From positions 509,863-573,862 of the forward strand of contig RHPI01002090.1 of assembly GCA_009103225.1 (NCBI GenBank): a stretch of DNA of 64,000 nt. The letters run 5' to 3'. Below, one piece after another: positions 55,867 to 64,000 of the stretch. Every line of letters starts with the position of its first letter. Position 1 is the stretch's first letter. The stretch comes from Chlorokybus atmophyticus (Eukaryota; Plantae; Mesostigma and Chlorokybus algae). The notes beneath the pieces were generated by a model. The model saw only the letters and a list, made by a program, of their open reading frames with translations, was not told the DNA's origin and made no database searches. A program made the position numbers and the translations under genes.

Positions 55867-58800
55867 TATGTATATTAAGACTCGGTGGCAATTCTAACTT
55901 GAATGCCACAGCCCCTATCTTTTCTATTACCTTAAATGGTCCAAGCCATCGGGGTAATAGTTTTCGGGCCCCGTCGAGAGACTCCATCCTCACATTCTTT
56001 GTGCTAAGTAGGACTTCTTGTCCCACTTCAAACACGGCCTCTGCCCTCTTGGCATCGGCATATTGACGCATACGATTTTGGGTTGCGAATAAGGCCCTCC
56101 TGGCCTCATTTTGCACCTGCCCTAATCGTTGAGTCAAAATTTGAGCCGAGGGGTTGACTCTTTTCCTAGCCCTCATATTCTCCATTAAAGCCTCAACCGG
56201 ACTTAATGGTTGGCGGCCACAACCAATATAAAATGGTGTCATCCCCGTTGACTCATTCACTGAATCATTGATGGCATACTCAACGAAAGGGAGATATGTA
56301 TCCCAATCTCTAATATTCTTTAGTGAGTAATGCCTCAATAGTTGTTCCACTGTCTGATTCACACGCTCGGTTTGCCCATCTTTTTGAGGATGAAACGCGG
56401 TGGATAACTTATTATCCAAATTTAATGTATCACACAATTCGCGTCAAAAAGCGGAAGTGAACCGCGAATCCCTATCCGAAATCATAACCACGGGCATCCC
56501 ATATTGTGAGTACCATCTCCTAAAAAAGGCATGGGCAAAATCCTCGCCCGTAAATTTTGAAGGAGTTGGTTCTAAGTAAACAACCTTACTAAACCGGTCT
56601 ACAAATACAACCATTCCATTATTCCCTTTTACCGTTTTAGGTAATTGGACTATAAAGTCAATTGACATTGACTTCCAAGCCCCCTCTGGTATGGGTAAAG
56701 GTTGTAATTTCCCGGCCGGTTTCGTCCTTACGGACTTATTCCTTTGGCATGAGTCACAATTCTTTACAAAGCTTTCGACATCTATTCTTAAGGTCGGCCA
56801 CCTATACCTCCTAGCCAAAGACTCGGTGGTTTTCCTTATACCAAAATGGCCACGGTAAGGGGGATTATGTGATTCTTCAATCACCTTTGACCTAAGTGAC
56901 CCATCCATTGGAACCGCAATTTTTTCTTCATCTTTATACCAAAATGCCCCATGTGGTTTTAACACTTGGTTGAATTCCAAAAGGAACTCCGGGCAATTAG
57001 TATAACTTGCGATTATTTGGTTAGGAATGTCACTCACATAATCCAATGCAAGTAACGCCAAATCCTCGGACAATGCGGGATGCCTACTTAAAGGATCTGC
57101 CGCATTTATCCTACCTGGCCTATATTCCCAATTAAAATCATATCGCACCAAATACTCATGCCACCTTACTTGGCGTCGTGACAAATTAGGTTGCGTATTC
57201 AGGTGTACTAAGGGGTTGTGATCAGTTATCACCTTAAAATGCCTCCCCTCTAAGTAACACCTCCATCTATGCAACGCTTTCACAACACCTAATAATTCTT
57301 GATCGGTGGTCGAGTAATTCTTCTCCGCGGGCTTATACTTGAAACTCTCAAAGGCTATTGGATGCCCCTCTTGCACTAGTATAGCCCCGGTTCCTGCCAA
57401 AGAGGCATCACTTATTACCTCAAATGGCTTTTCCATTTCCGGCAACTTCAATACCGGAAGTGAGGTCATAGCAGCCTTAAGCCTTTCAAAGGCTTGTTGC
57501 TCTTTCGGACCCCATTCGAAGGGTTTTCGGGTACTTGTCAAAGTAGTGAGTGGGGCGGCTATAATTGAATAGCCTAAAATAAAACGGCGGAACCACATGC
57601 AAAAACCCAAGAATTTTTGTAACTCCGTTACATTCTTAGGAACAGCCCAGTCTTTAACCCTTTCGAGTTTCTTAGGATCGCCTTTTATTCCATCTTTACT
57701 CACAATATTACCCAAGTACTCTACCTCCCTAGCAAAGAAGTCACACTTCTCGAAATTCGCCAAGAACTTATGCTCCCTTAGCCTACTCAAGGCTTTTCGT
57801 AAATGAAGCACATGTTCCTCTTTTGTACTCGAAAATACTATAACATCATCCAAGTACACTAGGACGAATTTCCCTACCTCCTCTTTAAATACTTCATTCA
57901 TTACCGCTTGGAATGTGGCTGGCGCATTGCACAAGCCAAATGGCATCACCGTATATTCGTAATGACCTATAGGGGTTTTAAACCCTGTCTTATACCTATC
58001 TTCTACCGCGATAGGTATTTGGTGATAACCACTAGTTAGGTCGAGGGTGCTAAACCACGACTTCCCAACTAGTTGATCATACAAATCATCCAAACGCGGT
58101 AAGGGGAAGGCATTCATCACCGTCTGTGCATTTGAAGACCTATAATCAACACACATTCGGAGCTTGCCTCCCTTCTTTTCGGCAAAAATTATATTAGCCG
58201 AATAGGGGCTTTGCGATTCAACTGACAAACCCCTTTCTAGGAGATAGTTCACCTGCTTCTTTGCTTCATCACGTTCCTTAGGACTTAGCCTATACAATGG
58301 CCTTATCGGCGGAGGCCCAGCCCCTTTCTTTAGTGGGATTAAATGGGAGACAAACCTATTTGCCGGTGCACTTGGTAGATCCGCGGAGAATATATCCATA
58401 AACTCCCTTACCACCGGATGTACCTTTTCCCAATCAATTTCACTTGACTCCACCAAGTCCCCCACTATACTTAGGCAACCTACAGCCAATTCGGAGTCAC
58501 CCTTTAACCATTGATCAACTGGGTCGATGGTGGGTTTACTCCTTCTGTTAGGCTTACGGTTCCTACTATGTGTCAAAGCAAAACGCTTGTCACCTTGTGT
58601 GATTGTAATAGAAGGTGGCACGCTTGTTAATTCCAACTTCACGTGCTTTTGCCAACTATTACCCAATATCACGTCTATGCCTGGAATAAGGGACTTGACC
58701 ACATATAGCTTCATTTTGGTCCTATAATCCCCCATTCGAATTAGCAACTCTGTCACGCCACTTATTTCACAATGTAACTCACCTACTAGGCTTGCCCTAG

Positions 58801-59344
58801 CATTGGTAGTTTCAATGGTGGCCGAGACCCTTTTTGCCAATTCGGCACTTACAAAATTTTCTAAGGCACTAGTGTCAACTAAGACACCACATGCCCTATC
58901 ATTCACTAATGCATCGAAGACCATACTTAGCCTAGGATTTATTTGTGAACCTCGGCGATCACTTGCATCATCACACCATATTTGCAAGTCAGTGGCAAAA
59001 GGTGATTTGGCCCTTGGTAATGTGCCCATACGGCGCATACCTCCTAACAACCTTTTCCACTTACCATAATATTTAGGTGTTAGAACACACGCCTTAATTT
59101 CGGGGTTGATTTGCTTTAGTTGCCAATAATTTATCAAAGTACTTGTTAACTCACGAAGTGGCACGCATATTAGAATTCGCTCATGCCCTACCTCAAGTGA
59201 ATTATTTCTTGGCAAATCTTCAAACTCATTCCCAAAACAAACATCGCATTTCATAGGCAACTTCATCGTTGTAGCTATACAACTATTGTCCTCAAGTCGC
59301 CCACTACTTTGCTCCTTTGGTGCCGTTCCTATACAAGCAACCAC
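55784..59344 (-). CDS. pol: Pol (protease, RT, RNase H, integrase) with a premature TGA at 56444-56446
   Basis: LVDTSA, LRMCVDYR, MPFGLCNAP, YLDD, ISDAS, HFG…CDSC, SIDF, SDRD, DGQTER, WLGPF. Confidence 0.93.
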
Positions 59345-59353
59345 CCCGCACCG

Positions 59354-60450
59354 TCACTTGGCGGGATCCTCGGTCGGCTTTGCTCCTTTCTTCGGGCACT
59401 TGGAGGCCATATGCCCCTTTTCGCCACAATTGAAGCATAAACCTTCGCGAGTTCTTCTCTCCTTCTCTTCACTGGAGAGTCTTGCCTTGCCCTGGAAGGC
59501 TGGCTTAAAGGGTTTTTTGCCAAACGGCTTTTTACCCTTTTTCTTTAGAGGGGTCTTTAAAGACTTCTCCTTTTCAACCGGATTTTCCATCTCCGATTGG
59601 GGGGCAAATCCTTTTCTCCTCTTTCCCTTTCCTCCCCCGGATTTGTCTCCACCCTCTTCTCTTTCCCTTTTGTTATTGTTAGCCAAATTCCGGCCGACCC
59701 ATCTCGCCGTGTTCTCAAGCTCCGTGAACTTCTCCTGAGTCCACTCTATATCGGTCTTTTGCAACCGCACAATATCTGTTTGCTTTTGGAGCTTAGAATC
59801 CAAGGCTCGAATGAATAGGTTGGCCTTCTCAATCAGGCTTAGTGGCCTTCCCCCATTTGCAGCTTGAGCCGCTAACAGGTTGAATTGGCTCACAAATTTC
59901 ATGATCAACTTGCCCGATTATTTCAAGTCGGATAGCTTATCCCTTGCATCAAGCCGGGGGTCCACTGTCCTATATTGGCTAAACAAAAACTCCTTTAGGG
60001 ATTCAAAGGTGGGTTCAACCAAATGAGACCTATGGTCCTTCCACAACTGAAGTGGTTCTTGACCTAAGTACCCCGCGGCAAAACCCAACCTTTGTCTCTC
60101 CGGAACCGTAGCCAAAGTCACTTCGACTTGGTTCCACCAAGCGTCTATATCCTCCCCTTTTTTGCCCGTCCATGCTGGGGGAATTTTTAGAAACTTGGTA
60201 CTTGGTCTTACTTGGACCGAGTCTATTTTGTCCTCGAGTTCTTTCATTTTCTGCTCCCCAAGGACACGGAGGCGCGTGAGCTCCTCCTCATTCTTCTCGA
60301 GGTTCTTCACCAGCCTCAAGATGCCTTGCTTGGCCTTTTTGCCCTCTTTGCAACAAGCCAAGGCTATTTTCTTATATTTTGGCGACAACTTGGCTATCTT
60401 CCGTTCCATCTTTTTCCCTAGTTGGGAAATCGGTGGATTCGAAGCTTCCG
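59354..60450 (-). CDS. gag: Gag with CCHC knuckle and a premature TAA at 59918-59920
   Basis: WTGKKGEDIDAWW…AAGYLG…W capsid-like segment; CFNCGEKGHMASKC. ORFs 59918-60616 and 59354-59908 are in frame. Start position uncertain. Confidence 0.85.
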
Positions 60451-60676
60451 CCTGTTCCGCCATTGCCGCTACTAGCCTATTTTCTTCGAAATAGGCTTCT
60501 AATTCGCGGTAATCCTCTTCACTGGCGCTACTATTAAAAGTCTCACGCCACTTGTGATAATTTCCAATCCGGCGTTGTTTCGGCATGCACTTCGAAAGCG
60601 CAAATTTCCGAATCAAAGTGGCCCCAAACCACGGCCTGAGTGGTTCAAAATCGTATATCCAAGCTCCGAGGCCAGC

Positions 60677-61961
60677 TGTTACGCCGCGCGGAGGGGAAAT
60701 CGCACCAAGAACTATGCACAGTGATCACACACTTTTACATGTAGTGACTGTACACTCCCTTAATCAACTTTCATTGTATGAACAATTACTTGGTAACTTA
60801 AGGGTTAGGGTCACCTAGCCTAGGTACCCCTAACTTAGCCCCAAAAGCCCGGAGCTCAAGTCGTACGGCGGCTACCCTCCACCCGCGACTGGCTCCTTCT
60901 TTATGGCGAAATCCATCGCCTTGAGCTTTACTAGGAACTATCTTGGCTAAGACCTACTTGGTCCAAAGCCCTCTACCAGATCCCCATTCACTCACCCAAG
61001 TGATTAGTTCAGTTCACCTGGCATTAGTTCACTGGCATTCTGCAAAGTGACCAATAATGCGAATCCGCGATTTTTGAGCTTGCGGCCATGGCAGACGGCG
61101 CTGCCATGCGCTGCGTATTGGCACACGCGGGAGGGAGCCAATACCTTAGCCGATTTTCTGTCGCGACATCGCGTCGCGAAGTGATCTATTAGTTGACATC
61201 AGTGAATCAACTTTAGTTCACTACCTTGTCGGCATTATGAATCACTCTACTAGTGAACTAATTGAGTTCACCAATGATTCACTTTTGGCTCTCTCTTATA
61301 TTAGGGTGATTCACTTAGTTCACTTACGAACCCCTAGTGAACTAATTTAGTTCATGTTCGTAACTGAATCAGTGAACTAATTTAGTTCACTTTCGAACCC
61401 CTAGTGAACTACTTTAGTTCATGTTCGTAACTGAACAACAAAACTAATTTAGTTCACTATGTTGATTCACTTCGCCGGTGAATCAACCCCTTCGCGAACT
61501 CATTTCGCGAAGTCCTTTGTGTTCACCCTAGGTAGGCTACTTCGCTCTAGTCAACCCATCCAAACAAGCCGCCTTGGATTGGCCTAAATGAACCTTATAA
61601 TTACACATGCTTTTTCCTATGATGTTTCACGCGATTGGCCCCATAAGCCCACATCACGTTAATAAATCATTATAGTAAAGCCATGTGTTTTTATTTTCCT
61701 ATTAAAGACGCCCATACATTCATGAATAGGGTAGTCCCTAGTCAACCACTTCTGATTAGATGCATGTAAATGCTCTAACTAGCCAGGCCTATAATTAGCG
61801 ATGCATTGCACTCGTGTTAAAGCTCAAACACAAACACACGCATTCAAAGCTTGTACAACAAACCAAGATAATCCAACCAAGGTTTATTAAACTTTTGTCT
61901 CTCGCTAATTAAACTTATATATACACTGTACATGACCAGCTATAGTAGCTAGGCCGTAACA
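60677..61961 (-). repeat. 5' LTR of chromovirus 1
   Basis: Matches 54155-55443 with scattered substitutions. Followed in element sense by GC-TGGCCTCGGAGC, which occupies the PBS position. Confidence 0.96.
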
Positions 61962-62048
61962 GTGTTAGCGATAAGCTAACACTACATTAAGGCCATAAAG
62001 GCCCTAATACGGCTCAATTGGCTGTTTATTACCCGTTGGGACCCTTAT

Positions 62049-64000
62049 TGTTACGGCCTAGCTACTATAGCTGGTCGTACCGTGGCCATTTTGGTATAAG
62101 GAAAACTACCGAGTCTTTGGCTAGGAGGTATTGGTGGCCGACCTTAAGAATAGATGTCGAAAGCTTTGTAAAGAATTGTGACTCATGCCAAAGGAATAAA
62201 TCCGTAAGGACGAAACCGGCCGGGAAATTACAACCTTTACCCATACTAGAGGGGGCTTGGAAGTCAATGTCAGTTGACTTTATAGTCCAATTACCAAAAA
62301 CGGTAAAAGGGAATAATGGAATGGTTGTATTTGTAGACCGGTTTAGTAAGGTTGTTTACTTAGAACCAACTCCTTCAAAATTTACGGGCGAGGATTTTGC
62401 CCATGCCTTTTTTAGGAGATGGTACTCACAATATGGGATGCCCGTGGTTATGATTTCGGATAGGGATTCGCGGTTCACTTCCGCTTTTTGACGCGAATTG
62501 TGTGATACATTAAATTTGGATAATAAGTTATCCACCGCGTTTCATCCTCAAAAAGATGGGCAAACCGAGCGTGTGAATCAGACAGTGGAACAACTATTGA
62601 GGCATTACTCACTAAAGAATATTAGAGATTGGGATACATATCTCCCTTTCGTTGAGTATGCCATCAATGATTCAGTGAATGAGTCAACGGGGATGACACC
62701 ATTTTATATTGGTTGTGGCCGCCAACCATTAAGTCCGGTTGAGGCTTTAATGGAGAATATGAGGGCTAGGAAAAGAGTCAACCCCTCGGCTCAAATTTTG
62801 ACTCAACGATTAGGGCAGGTGCAAAATGAGGCCAAGAGGGCCTTATTCGCAACCCAAAATCGTATGCGTCAATATGCCGATGCCAAGAGGGCAGAGGCCG
62901 TGTTTGAAGTGGGACAAGAAGTCCTACTTAGCACAAAGAATGTGAGGATGGAGTCTCTCGATGGGGCCCGAAAACTATTACCCCGATGGCTTGGACCATT
63001 TAAGGTAATAGAAAAGATAGGGGCTGTGGCATTCAAGTTAGAATTGCCACCGAGTCTTAAGATACATAATGGTATTTCATNCGCTATTGAGAACCTATCA
63101 CTCGGATGGGTCGGTGCAGCCCCCCCCCCCCCCCCCCAATGTTTATAGAAGGGAGTATGAAGTTGAGGGTATAATAACCCACAAAGGCCGGAAAGGCAGA
63201 TCTCCCAGTTTCTTTGTGAAATGGAAGGGCCATCCGTTCGAGGCATGTGAATGGGTTGACGAACCTAACATGCGATCGCCGCTTCTGATAAAGAAATATT
63301 GGAGGGAGCTAACGGTTGCCCAAAGATGAAGTCCAGGTAGGTCCATTTCTGAAAATATATATTTTCCGCCTTTAGAAGTAGTTCCACGTTTTGACCTATC
63401 AAGTTACTGATCATGGCTTGTTTTCCTAGGTTGGAAAGCGTGGAGAAAGAAATTGAGCAGAGACGCTCAATAACTAAAGGGGGGGCATTGTTACGGCCTA
63501 GCTACTATAGCTGGTCATGTACAGTGTATATATAAGTATAATTAGCGAGAGACAAAAGTTTAATAAACCTTGGTTGGATTATCTTGGTTTGTTGTACAAG
63601 CTTTGAATGCGTGTGTTTGTGTTTGAGCTTTAACACGAGTGCAATGCATCGCTAATTATAGGCCTGGCTAGTTAGAGCATTTACATGCATCTAATCAGAA
63701 GTGGTTGACTAGGAATTACCCTATTCATGAATGTATGGGCGTCTTAAATAGGAAAATAAAAACACATGGCTTTAATATAATGATTTATTAACGTGATGTG
63801 GGCTTATGGGGCCAATCGCGTGAAACATCATAGGAAAAAGCATGTGTAATTATAAGGTTCATTTAGGCCAATCCAAGGCGGCTTATTTGGATCAGTTGAC
63901 TAGAGCGAAGTAGCCTACCTAGGGTGAACAAAAAGGACTTCGCGAAATGAGTTTGCAAAGGGGTTGATTCACCGGCGAAGTGAATCAACATAGTGAACTA
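62049..64000 (+). mobile_element. Internally deleted chromovirus of the same family in the opposite orientation (runs off the window)
   Basis: The first approximately 28 bp of the LTR (62049-62076) are fused to integrase, followed by chromodomain, PPT and a 3' LTR from 63489. Differs from copy 1 by several substitutions. Confidence 0.92.

Larger units (their letters stand above)
54155..61961 (-). mobile_element. Full-length Ty3/Gypsy chromovirus (defective ORFs)
   Basis: Two approximately 1.29-kb TG…CA LTRs; 5-bp TSD GTGTT (54150-54154 and 61962-61966); gag CCHC, protease, YLDD RT, RNase H, integrase, GPF motif, chromodomain; PPT AAAGGGGGGG at 55447-55456. Confidence 0.96.

Noticed and set aside
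56444-56446. UGA reassignment to Trp
   Set aside because: VIR appears to terminate with TGA, and Trp is encoded by TGG throughout the window.
60655-60676. Identification of the chromovirus primer (tRNA or self-priming)
   Set aside because: I could not match TGGCCTCGGAGC to a known tRNA end or find its complement in the LTR by eye.

Overview
Eukaryotic nuclear DNA, inferred to be from a streptophyte (charophyte-type) green alga because of the plant-like PGR5, VIRILIZER and ClpX sequences, GT-AG introns and telo-boxes. The window has a TE-rich left part (about 1-33 kb), a gene island (mitochondrial-type ClpX head-to-head with VIRILIZER, then PGR5; 35-53 kb) and a chromovirus cluster (54-64 kb). 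The most striking object is a pair of divergent Ty3/Gypsy-type retroelements (4931-16050 minus, complete with a 4-bp TSD; 17377-23720 plus, 5'-truncated). They encode gag, protease, a DNMT3-like C5 cytosine methyltransferase, RT, RNase H, a DDE integrase and a PHD finger. Instead of normal LTRs they carry split direct repeats (B-internal-A-GC-B-A). Other features of these elements are an internal palindromic CA-GC-TG end-to-end junction, a 10-12 nt terminal microrepeat inside a conserved hairpin, and a PBS complementary to the element's own predicted transcript 5' end. Together these suggest a self-primed retrotransposon that circularises its cDNA and integrates by DDE cleavage of an internal att site. 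This mechanism is inference and needs testing. All coordinates were read by eye; no database searches were run.
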